DNA of 64,000 nt from Perna viridis (lineage: Eukaryota): NCBI GenBank assembly GCA_037379345.1, contig CM074514.1, positions 37,386,001-37,450,000 of the forward strand, in the 5' to 3' direction. Shown here one piece after another: positions 49,799-61,655 of this stretch. The position numbers and the translations under genes are program-made. The first letter of the stretch is position 1. Each line of letters begins with the position of its first letter. Under the pieces are notes generated by a model, which ran no database searches, was not told the origin of the DNA, and saw nothing but the letters and a program-made list of their open reading frames with translations.

Positions 49799-49892
49799 AG
49801 TGTTTATTATCTAATGAAGCATAGAATTCAAGTTTAAAGATAGTTTTCTGGTCAGAAATTTTCTCTTTAATCAACCCTGGATGTGATATCTA

Positions 49893-50135
49893 ATGAGAAA
49901 CTTTGAAGGTGATTTTAGAAAAGCAGAGGATGCTTACCCTACCGGTTCACCTGGTCCATACTCCCAGTTTTTAGTGGCCTCTGAGTTGCTCAACCACTTT
50001 TGTTTCTATATGCATTTTTTTTGTTTATTTGTTATTTTGTTTACTTGTTCTGTGTGTGTATTTCCTCTGTTTAGTTGTTAGCCCAGGATTATATTCTGTT
50101 CGGTTTTAAATCTGGGTTCCCTTGTTTTTCTCTTT
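49893..50135 (+). mobile_element. Diverged Penelope-like 3' UTR copy
   Basis: TAGAAAAGCAGAGGATGCTTACCCTACCGGTTCACCTGGTCCATACTCCCAGTTTTTAGTGG..GAGTTGCTCA. Confidence 0.8.
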
Positions 50136-51656
50136 CTCTGCTTCAAATGTTCAAAAGTGGAATTGATTAATAAATATACCTTCATTTATTTAATACATAT
50201 TGAAGAAGTTCTTTGCTTTCATGCTTATTAGTTTTATCCTCCTGACTTGACATTGCGAAGACCTTGGATTTTTTTCCCTTAAAAGGTTAAAATTTAGTTA
50301 TAATCAATTTAAAGTTGAATGGTTTAAATTAATAAACCGTTTTTTCTTCCAACTATTGAAAAAAAATCCCCCAAAAAATGAAAGAAAATGTAGTTACAAA
50401 ATCAATTTGTCTTGCCCTTCTTGTGATCCTTTTGTACAAATATTTTCTTTGGAAATCAGTTACTAGGTTAACAAGTTGTGCCCATGTGACAACTTAGATA
50501 GCGAAACCTTGACTGCTTTAAAATATAATTATCACTACAGGTACTCCTAGTTAAATATCAAATTTCATTCATATATATATATATATCTAAATTTCGTTCA
50601 TTTATCATGCATTGCTAAAATTCATTCATGGGTTATACAGGTGGACAAATTTTAAGTTTATTTTTACCTTTAGATATAATTTGTAATCTTTAGAAAATCT
50701 GAAGAAGTTTATTTTCGTTTTCGTTTTCGTTATCAAATTTTTGAGAAGTAGTATTATATTAAAATCTGTTTTAACTCAACTTTTTTTTTTTGGATGATTT
50801 CGTTCCATTTTGAAAGGTATATAGTTTTGACAAACAAAAATGCCTAAATGCTATTAATAGAAATAACAACCTTATCGGTTTATAATAAAGGTTACAAATT
50901 TACTCAAAATTCAATTTCAATAGGCTGGTTTCACTGTTATATGTATAATGGGACATATTTTATCATCAATTTTATGAATGAGATTAGGCCAGTAATCTAG
51001 AACTCATCCAATTATATATATTACTCATACAAGTGATCTCATGTGGTCACAATCATCGCTGACCTTTTGACCCACTTACTGGTTATTCATATGATTCAGT
51101 GGTTGAGGTTGCAAGCATTACATGTAGGTGGTAACATGTACCTAAATACTTGTACATGTACATGTACCATGCTTATATTTTACAATGTCTCATCTAAAAA
51201 TAGAATCATTTAGGCAAAACTTGGAATGTTCAGGTCAAATTGTATAGTTAAGTACATGGCAAGATGTGTGGTAATTTTTTGTACTTGAAATATAAGAAGG
51301 TAATGATGAAGCAATATAACAATTTGAATGACATCATTCCTTCTTTTAATTTTCCACTGACGACTTCTTGCGAAATACATATCTGAATCAACTGCTAGTA
51401 GCTGGTACATGTATGATGGTGCATATCTATTTCATTCCTTTGTCATAATGAATAACCTTTCTGCATGTACTTTATTGTGAAATAATCACTTAAATAGACC
51501 AAGTGTATACATGGGTGTATAACATTACCAGGCAATAAATACAATTTTGGTCAAATATAATTAGAACGAGATTTCAACTAAAAAATGTGTATATTAATTG
51601 ACAATTTAGGGGCTTCATGTATTTTTTTTTCAGTATAATGCTATTCTTTGTCATTA

Positions 51657-52209
51657 TGCAGTAAAACCTGTGTAAACAAACCTCTTTTGGTCTGATAGAT
51701 TTGTACAGTTTAGGCAAGTGTTCAGTTAACACAGGTAGAAAAATATTAAGTAGCAGTCTTTGTAAGATTTATGCAAAGTCTGTAAAATGTGATACATCTC
51801 AAAAAGGCTACATATTTTTATTTTTATTTTTAAGTTACTTTATAGGTCTATATGATAAAATCTAAAATTATTCATTCCAATCTGTCTGCTCTTAGGATCT
51901 ACATGGAAAATCCAATAGTTTCTATTGTATTTTAGTGTCATTTACAGAGTTATCTCCCTTAATTTTGAATTATACAGTACATTCTATATATGAACAAAGG
52001 TTATATGAAAAGCCACATGTTACTTTCTGTTTTAATATGACATTTTTAACAAAATTCAAAAATGACAATATGTAGGCTTTCAAACCATGAATCACATTTT
52101 ACATGATTTTTATCTGGAGTTCTACTTAATACTATAATGGTTTTCAGCAGATGTCTAGTTTATACAGGTTATCAGTTTATCCAGGGTTTGTTTAGACAAG
52201 TTTTTATGT
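51657..52209. mobile_element. M2 MITE interrupted by a K1 element
   Basis: TGCAGTAAAACCTGTGTAAAC left end and GTTTAGACAAGTTTTTATGT right end. Confidence 0.7.
51746..52129. mobile_element. K1 MITE, complete, TTAA-flanked
   Basis: TTAAGTAGCAGTCTTTGTAAGATTTATGCAAA...TTTTACATGATTTTTATCTGGAGTTCTACTTAA. Confidence 0.85.
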
Positions 52210-53152
52210 CGTAAATTCTTGGAAATTTAATCTAATTTAATCTACTGTTAAATTAATATGGTTGAACTGTTGTAGCATGATATCCTTCCCTTATTATAAT
52301 GGTCAAGTATTTGCTATAACCTATTGTAAAATAAAACTTTTATTGAGCTATTACTGCATGTAAGGTCATTCATTCCTATAATCAGGACTAGTTGTGGAAT
52401 TGACATTTTAACTTATTTTGTACAAATACATATATATATACATTTAGTTTATAGTGTCATAAGATGGGTAAACTGTTCACTCAACTATGTCAATTTGGGC
52501 ATGAAAAATTTTGTTGACTTCTGTCTGCGGCAGAATTCTACCTTCACAAGTTTAGAAGTAGGGTGTCTCTGTGTGTTGACAATAAAATTTGTATCTAAAT
52601 TGTTACAAGTGGCTATTTCCTTCTGCCTGAGGCCGAGATAGGAATATATTAACTATTCAAGTACATTTATGAATATAAATTATGGGAGAAAAAAAATCCC
52701 TGTGCAAGCAAATTTCTTCACTTTTTGCATTGATTAAGGTGTATTCAGGATGTGTTAGAAAATAAAACAGTAAAAAATTATAGTAACGATTTATTGAAGT
52801 GATTAAAAGATGCCTGTACAAGGGGTAAATATGTCTGTTCATGATGTCGATGCATGACCTAAAGGGAAAGATCTAGTTTGACCTAGTAGACTTATCAGGT
52901 TGATGACTTGAAAGAGAGCCAAAAATAAATCCAAGATCAGAGAAAGAAAAAGAAAATACAGCAATAAGGGCAACTTTAAATTTGTAGCTTCATTTTTTTC
53001 TTGAAACTACAAACGAAAAAAACGAAAAGGAAAAGTTTTTTCTCCACCCTCACAAATACTTGACCTAGATTTGTTTTGTTCACTGCTGTACTATATCATT
53101 ATTCAGGCTGTTCATTGATTTATTGTGGTAAAGAATTCCTTTCTATTTTTAG

Positions 53153-53207
53153 ACTAGCTGCCGTCTGCTACAGAGGAAATCCTCACCCTAGGAGTTCTGA
53201 CCCACAA
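53153..53207 (+). other. Candidate 55-nt exon
   Basis: TTCCTTTCTATTTTTAG acceptor, CAA|GTAAGA donor, GC-richer than flanks. Confidence 0.35.
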
Positions 53208-53439
53208 GTAAGATTACACTGCTTAAATGTTTTTATGAATGAATTTGCTTAGTTTCTATCTTTTATCAGGTTTTCATTGATAAAAATACCTCTAATTGTT
53301 TGAAGTTTGAACCGTGATTGTGTGGTTATGGATTTTAAGACCTCTTACTATACTTGTGTAAATTGAAGTAGAAAATGTACTCTGTTTCAGAAGATATTTA
53401 TGTTATATCTGCTAGTCAAATATTTGCTTTGTATTTTAG

Positions 53440-53496
53440 AGTTTTTGGAAGAATTTGGAGATCAGAGATTAAAGGCACTACACAGAAAACTAAAGG
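53440..53496 (+). other. Candidate 57-nt symmetric exon
   Basis: TTTGTATTTTAG acceptor, AGG|GTAAGA donor, purine-rich body, open frame FLEEFGDQRLKALHRKLK. Confidence 0.4.
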
Positions 53497-55495
53497 GTAA
53501 GATTTGAAATTTTGTGACTTTATTAGTTTAGTATTACCAGAAAAAACATTTAATTGGTTGTGTACTGTCAAATATTTCTAAGATGGGAGTGGCAAATTAT
53601 TATTATTTTTTTTTTTTTATTTTTATTTAGTAAAAGGTCAAAAAAGTTAAATTATGATTTTTTTTTAGTCATTAGTCAAAATTTTTTATATAATTTTCAA
53701 ATCTGCATGAACTTTTCCCAAATTATAGTGGACCACAAATTTCACATACTGAGAAATTTAATATATTTAAGTACCATTTATAGATCCAGGGTTTCAAGTT
53801 AAGGTGGGAGTGTGAATAGAATGAAAGGCCAAGCAAAACAAGACAAGACAATTTTTTTGGGGCAGTAGTTGTGAAAAATGAAGATTTCATGTCAAAAAAA
53901 TGTGTTTCCCAAGTATTAAGAGGCATATGTACTCTGGATCTGTAGGTCTTTCCTTGCCTTGCAAAAAAGGTTTTCATATTTTTTTCATCTGGATAATTTT
54001 GCTTGCCTTGTGCTTAATTTTCATTATGAAAATGTGCACTTATTGATGCTGCAAGATTCAGAATATGCCAGAACTATAGATGTGTCAAAACGTTGCTGAT
54101 ACCTCTCAATGGAATATCTACTAAGTGCGAAATTTTGTACTAAGGAAAACTTCTCTAATGATTTTTTTTATGATATTGAGCTGAATGTGTTCACACACTC
54201 ATCTGCTCATAATTATGAAGACTTGGATGTAAGTAAGACTGGTATGTCCAGACAGGTTAAGCATAATGTGTTAAATTTAGAAACGTTCCATCAGGAATCC
54301 CAGACATTTTATTCAACTGTCTTTTCATGCATTTAATTTGACGGGTATCAATAGATTTTTCATGGACTTTTTCTCAATATCAGGTATAAAGTACTAAATG
54401 TATTTCATGATTGAGAGAATATATAAATATATTATTACAACGCCCACTATTACATTTTCATAAATGTATATATTGGAAAAATGTCGGGGTGTACAAGATA
54501 TTTATGATATTTCATTCTTAAGTTACAAATGATAAAGGGTAATATGATATATTCTGGTAACAAAATCATGCAACCTACAAGTGAAGGAATGTAATCGAAT
54601 TCTATTACTTAAGGCCTGGTGCAAAGTCTAGCTATTTCTAAAAGGATATTTAGTACATTTTTTTAACTGTATCAAGATTTGGGTTTCTGTTTCATGAATT
54701 AATATAATCAAGTTTAAAGAAATAGAGTCTGTAAGTCTCGTTCTAGTTTCATTTTCCTTACCGGAATTTCTGGTTTAGAGAGTATTCAAACCCGAAGACT
54801 GGTTTGCATTTTATTGTTACCGAAACGCTGTATTAGTATGCAAAGTATTCTATTTTACGCTTTTTCTTAACATTTTTATCATCTGGAAATAGAAATTTGT
54901 CATATTTAATGGTATTTTTACATGAAAATATGTTTTGCTTTTATATACTGAACTCCAAAAATGACAAATCTCTTTAGCTTTGAATGGTAGACTAGGACCC
55001 ATTCTTGTGAAATCATAGGCACATGACAAGACTTACATACCCTATTAAAGAAAGGTTGTATTTGGTGTAAAAGAAATTCAACCTCTGTATTTTGAGCATT
55101 TTTGTTTAAGGATTTTTTACATTTTTGTAAAGATAACATTAAAAGTATGAAATATCAAGGTCTGTTGCAGTTTACACTTGTAATAAGAAAACTTGTTAAG
55201 CGTAAATCTTCCATAAGTTGTACTTTTGTGTTTCCCCTACATATTCCCTTCACTTTATGTACTTAAAGCAACATTAATTGGAAAATATTTAGATCATTCA
55301 AATTTTTTTTGATGATTCAATAGAAGCACTTTTCTTTGTGGATTTAACTGCAATTTTGGCTTCATAGTTCAGATATGGATTCCCCCCCAGAATATATTTA
55401 GAAACATCCATTTAATCTGCAGATATTTTGATCCCTTTAATGATGTATTTCATTGTTATTTTAATGGGATAATATTACCATTTTGACAAAATTGC

Positions 55496-55527
<32 letters not shown>

Positions 55528-55715
55528 CTTTTTTCCCAAGGTAATAGAACTACTCTCTGAACAATACCACAACACCAAGTAAGTGGAAGCATACTGGAAT
55601 CAAAAGTACAATGATTTGGGAAGTCTATGCTGGATTTGCATAATGAATGCTCAGCCTAAAGCATTTATAAAAAAAATATTGTAGCTTGTGTATAACCCTC
55701 ATGAAAATTACTCAG

Positions 55716-56189
55716 TACAGAGAAACTTGTCTCAACTGAATCTTTTTAGGAATGTACAATTTGTTTGGTTTTGACAGACATACCTGTTGACCAATCCACA
55801 TAGTGGGAGAATCCCAGAAGATCGGGAGACTCCTAGAACATCAATGATGAATTAAGAATATCACACATAAAAATTTAAGATTTGTGGGAGGATTTTGATT
55901 TCAATTACTCTACTGTCTGTGAAAAATAATTTATAGTTGCATTTTTACATCAAAAATTTGCTTTTATGTTAAAATCTCCCACATGACTGTTGAAACAGTG
56001 TCAGTCGGGGAGACTCTCGCACATGAACCGTTCCAAAGGTTAAAGGTTATGAATTGGTATGATTAAGACTGGTTTTCAGTTTACACATGTTCAAAATACA
56101 TTAAACAGGTATAAAGTGATTTTAAAAAATGTCTGGATTAGACATGTTGGTTGTTTATTCATGGTTCAGTTTACACAGGTTTCACTGTG
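55716..56189. mobile_element. M2 MITE with nested CATAC-terminus element (55779-56051)
   Basis: Outer TACAGAGAAACTTGTCT / ACACAGGTTTCACTGTG; inner CATACCTGTTGACC...GGTTAAAGGTTATG with GGGAGA/TCTCCC motifs. Confidence 0.7.
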
Positions 56190-58299
56190 CAGTATAGTAA
56201 TATCAGTCATATCTACTTTTGGTTTTGCACTCCTTTCTGAGTTATTCATTCACATTTTTTGTGCTAGTGGTTATTACTAAGTAATACATTAACGCAGAAA
56301 TAGTGTTTTATAAACCCATTGTTTTTGTTCCAAGTAAAAAAAAAATAGAATGACAAAGGCCACAGCTGTTGTTTAGAACAAATCTGCCCTTGTAAATGGC
56401 CTTTATATAGTAAAGTTCTTGTCTGGAATGGGCTAAAATGGGATCAGTAATTAATATTACAGTTTGTAGACCTTGTCAACATACTTGAAAAAGTACAGTG
56501 TGGTTGTCATGGAAATAATTGATAGCAGATATGAAAAATATGATGGAGAAATATTTGCAAAGGTCATTACAGGTTTTTATTCAATAGATTTATTGGTATA
56601 GTTCTTTATTTTTTGTCCTGAACCATTGGAACAAATATTAATCAATGGAAAATGTAGTATTTTCTCCCCACAAAATTTGAAGGCCATATAAAATTCTGCC
56701 ACAAATTTATCCACAAGTATTGTAAAAGTGGACTTCGTTTGATAATTCTTTGTCACAAAGAGCTTTGAGGGATAAAAACAGTGGGTTTGAAAAATTCAAA
56801 AATCAGTGTTTTTATCCTTCAACTTCCACCATCACTAGTTCTACTCCATAAATAAGTTCTTGAAACTCCTCCTTCTACCTCTGTCACTAAAAAATAATAT
56901 AATAAAGACTAACATGGACATGGTGAATATATTGTGAGTCAACCAACTTGCACTCACTTCTTTTCGACTAATCATTATGATATGTGCATAAAAAGTATTC
57001 TGTTTTTACACTGCCAATGGATAAGATGATGGGAGGTGTGGAAAGTTTCACCATAATTAAGAATGGAAGAAACCTTTAAGCTGCTATATCATGAGGTTAT
57101 GGCATGTCTAGAGATTCACCTAAGGGTTACTCACTAATACTTATAAAAAAATTGGTAGAAAAATTCTTGTTATAAATAAACATACTTGATCGTAGCATTG
57201 TTGGCATGATCTAAGGTTGCCAAAGGCTTTAATCCTCAAAACCACGCTGAAAATCTTCAGTCTATAGGGGTTGCTGACGAACAGTTAGTAATACTCCAGA
57301 CACAGCTATCTCTCTTTGAAATCTAAGAGTGCAGTCATTCCACTGATTTCCCAATACCTTCCCAATTACCTGTCAATACAATAAGTAAATTAATAGCTTA
57401 CTATTATTTTAAGTGCAATGTTGACTAAGTTTTAGTCATAAGAGGGAAATTGTTGTTGGGGTGTTGAACTTGTTGCCTAAGTCAAAAATTTTAGTGTGTG
57501 GGCATTAGTTTAACCTGTTTTGTGGTGTTATAATGTCTGCTTTTCACACCATCTTGTATCGTATAAATGATTATTTCAGTGAAATTTCGTAAATTGTTGG
57601 TACATGTATACCAGGAACTTGTTGGACCAATTCCTTCCAGTGTTTGAATTTTTATAAATTTTCTATGTTCTTCCAGTGAGAGCAAAGTCAGCGCCAACTT
57701 TCCAGTTTCTACATGTTGCTTGAAAAGTAGTGGAAGCAGCCAACCATAGTTTTCAGAAAAACTCAGAGCTAATTCAGCTTGTTAAAAATGAAATGGAAAT
57801 TTCGACAGCCAAAAAAAAACGTAAGTTCAATAATGCAGATATTTGTACTTTCCTCAAAGTTCAGTGTCTATTTTGGTTGAAATGTTAAAGTTCGCTGATC
57901 TACTTTAGTGCTGGTTGATGAAAGAATCTTAAAATTAGTTTGATGTTAAATCTGTCTGAATGATGGATGGATTTCTTTAACAAGATGCTGCTATAGATAT
58001 GCAGTTTTATTGTTTCAAACTCAGACAGTAAAATGCCACAGAAGCAGAAAATGGACTTTTTATGCGACTGAACTATTCATCTATTACTGTAAATGTACTA
58101 ATTTTGGAATATATATTGAAAAAGTATACCATTATACCCCTACTTTAAGGGAAATGTTTTATGCTCATGGTGTCTGTCTGTCTTTTCACCTGTCAGCACC
58201 TTTCTCTGGAACTACTTATCACAGCCACTTAATATTTTGGCAGAAGCTTTATATAGATATGCATATCAGTGGATTCAATTTTAGACTGTGGTGACACGT

Positions 58300-58505
58300 G
58301 TTATATTTTTTTAAATTTAGACCATGTGGTTACAAAAAAAAAATTGTATTTTGAGCATGTGGTTACTGAAAAATTTTTTGTATTTTGACCATATGGTTGC
58401 ATAAAAACTTTTATATTTTGACCATATGGTTGCATAAAAACTTTTATATTTTGACCCTGTGGTTACTTAAAAATGTTTATATTTTGACCATATGGTTACT
58501 TAAAA
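58300..58505. repeat. Degenerate minisatellite, ~33-bp unit, ~6 copies
   Basis: TTATATTTTGACCATATGGTTGCATAAAAACTT; period 58388 to 58421. Confidence 0.85.
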
Positions 58506-58844
58506 ATTGGGTGTGGAGTCAATGTATCCTTATGTGAGCATTGCTTTTCTGCTTTTTTACTAATTCTTTGATCAGTATGAGTATTATTTTTGTCTTTTAG
58601 TATGAACACATATGCCTACAAAATGATATTAAAACAAAAAAATGTATGTTTGATTTTTTAGGAAAAAAAATCAACAAATATTTATGGCGAAGCAGTCATA
58701 TTCATGATCAATTGATTCATATATTTTATCGTCATTGTCACATTTATGTTAATGTCTTATGCCTATGAAGTGTGGGTGTGGCAATAAAATTAATATGTGA
58801 ATATCATCTTATTATTCCATATTGATATTTTTATTGTCTTACAG

Positions 58845-58945
58845 GCACATGAATATAATAGATCTTTTCAATATTTTACTTGTAAAGGTCAAAAAGTAGG
58901 TCAAGAGAAGATCCAGATCAGAGGAAGTTGATGTTGAAGTTAAAG
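58845..58945 (+). other. Candidate non-coding exon
   Basis: TTTTATTGTCTTACAG acceptor, AAG|GTAGGT donor; stops in all frames. Confidence 0.3.
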
Positions 58946-59168
58946 GTAGGTCAGTTCAAATAATAGATTTGTTTGTTGATACTCTGGGAATTTGTTTAGA
59001 ATAGTGATATTTTCTCATGGGTATTTTACAAATGGTACTTTTTCTGTTATATTCAACTCAAGAAAGGCCAGGAAATTTGTGTCAGACCAGTTGTCGAAAA
59101 GCATAAAATTTTGAATGGTAAGAAATTATTGAAATGTAAATTTTTAAACTGGAGAAATTTTACACTGT

Positions 59169-59378
59169 TTTTCTGACGCAGTCGGTATAGTTTCACTTTT
59201 TACCCTTTGACCTTAAAGGTGCTCTTCCATGGAAACACCAGTCACCTGATTGCAATTCTGTTTTCCAATTGACCAAAAAACTGTATTGAAAATTAAAATT
59301 GCATGCCATGTGTTATTTCCTGAATGAAATGTAGAAAATTGTAAGTAAAAATAACAAATTTTACTGCGTTGACTATCT
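59169..59378. repeat. Unclassified dispersed repeat, copy 2
   Basis: Collinear with 45150-45392. Confidence 0.85.
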
Positions 59379-59667
59379 TTAAATCCAAATTTGTGGAACC
59401 AACTTTATGTGAATTCATATATGTACAATATATTGCAGAGGTGGAGAAATTTTATTTTTTCTACAATTTTAGCATGTTGAATGCAGCCATTTTTTTGTCA
59501 TGTAGACGCCGATACCTACTTTGTGTGATCTGTTAGTTAATTAGTAATGAACAAATACCATTTGAATTTTGCACAATGTTCATGTACATATTTTGAAAAT
59601 GTGTACCTCCTATTATAGACAAATCTGACAGATATTTAGGGTAGATCACACCTTTTACACTAAACAT

Positions 59668-60249
59668 TCTTTTTTGTCATCTTGCAAAAGCATACTGAAG
59701 TAGGTATTGCCATCACTTGGCGTCTGTCTGTCATCTATGTTCATTGTCATTGTTGTCATTATTTCAAACATCTTCTGCTCTGTGAATGAATTTTGATGAA
59801 ACTTAATGTGATTGTTCTTTAGGGTATCCTACACAAATTTATGCTTTGATTTTTGATTTTTTGAAAACAGGGCTGCCATTACTAAAAATAGAACATTGGG
59901 GTCACACAGCAGTTTTTTGCATATATCTCCAAAACCACTAGATTTTAAAAAATACTGACAGAGGTAAATGTGTTCAGAATGATTAGATCTATTTAAGGTC
60001 AAATGTTGTTGAAAAGCTGTGGACTTATGTTGGAGTTCTTGTTCTTTTTGACATTTTTTGATGTTTTTGATATTATTTCTTTCAAAAATCTCCTCCTCAG
60101 AAACTACTGTACAGAATTTAATGAAAGTCAGTATGATTGTTCCTTGGGGTATTATTCACTAAATGACAATTTTTTTATCCTTGAAAAAACATGGCAGCTT
60201 TTACAAGAAATCAAATGTAACTAATTAATTGAGGTGAGTGATGCAGCCT
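59668..60249 (+). mobile_element. Diverged HINE-like element
   Basis: TATTGCCATCACTTGGCGTCTGTCTG, core TTACTAAAAATAGAACAT..CATATATCTCCAAAACCA, 3' AGGTGAGTGATGCAGCCT. Confidence 0.7.
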
Positions 60250-61254
60250 TAAGTTTTGATATTACAAGGGGAAAAAAATTTGGACACCCCCCCCCTCCCA
60301 ATTTTCTGATTAAAATACAAATTAATGTCAGATATGTGTTCATTATATAAATTTTTAAGAATTGTTATCTAAAAAAAGGGGGGTTTATAAAAATCACATA
60401 TATTTAGGCAAAATAATTGAAATTAGGAGCAGTGACCCATATTTTTTTTATATTTTTTTGTATTATGTTCATTCTAGGTCATCTTTGAGACAAATAAGGA
60501 AAATCTACTTTACGAAAAGTTTTAGGTATGATCTACCTTAATGTGAATTTTTTGTGAACTTAGCCATTTTTCAGTGAAATATGCTATCTTATGTACATAA
60601 TTTGGATCATTTGTAACTCACTGCTATTGTTTTTTCATTAACTTTCTTAATGTTAAGATATTTATGTGCTGACAAGTATTTGATTGTGAAGCAGGTCCTA
60701 ACATGTTTTTGGTCTCGTTTTATTGAGGTCATGCTTGAAAATTTTTAATTGTGATGCTAGTTGTCAAAGGTACCAAAACAGATTTAAATCTATCCCTGTT
60801 CTGAGCTTTAATTATTGTAAATTTAATAAATAGTATGAATTCCAGATTTTCTAATTAATTCAGTTTTAAGTGTCTCCACCCTTAATTCTTGCCTTACAAT
60901 TTGCAGATTCGCAGTGAATGTGGAAAAAAAATCCATATTTTTTTTACATGTTTGGCATTTCCTAGTCGCATTATAAATCATGGCAGATTATTATTTTGAT
61001 AATCCTGAGGATAGGACTTAAGGAATTTGCTATAAATGCTTTGGCCTCCTACGCTATTTATGAAAAAAATGGTTTTGCAATTAGATATAAAAATAATGGC
61101 TGGCAGTTCTTACAATTGTTAAGAGCTTTAGATATATAGATATTAAGTACAGGGAAATATGAATGTCAGAATTTTTGTGATATTAGCAATTAACATATTT
61201 TGATTAAAATATTTGTTTTTTGTATCTATGCGTTGTAAATGATTGATTAAACCC

Positions 61255-61655
61255 CATATCGTTTACCCTGTATCACAAACCCATGTATCAAAGCCCAGAC
61301 CTACATCACATACCCTTTATCACACCCCTAGTCATATATCCCGCACCTTTATATCACAATCCTAGACATACATACCACACCCATATATCACACCCCCAGT
61401 CCTATGTCACATACCCTATATCACACCCCTAGACCTATATCACACACTATATCACACCCCTAGACCTATATCACACTCTATATCACACCCCTAGACCTAT
61501 ATTGCATACCCTATATCACACCCTAGACCTATATCACACTATATCACACCCCTAGACCTATATTGCATACCCTATATCACACCCCTAGACCTATATTGCA
61601 TACCCTATATCACACTCCTAAACCTTTATTGCATACCCTACATCACATCCCTACT
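61255..61655. repeat. Minisatellite, ~32-34-bp unit built from CTATATCACAC subunits, ~12 copies
   Basis: CCCTATATCACACCCCTAGACCTATATTGCATA and variants. Confidence 0.9.

Noticed and set aside
59635-60541. Possible TIR pair TTAGGGTAGATCACACC / GGTATGATCTACCTTAA around the HINE
   Set aside because: Short imperfect match and the left TTAA is absent; cannot establish a single element.
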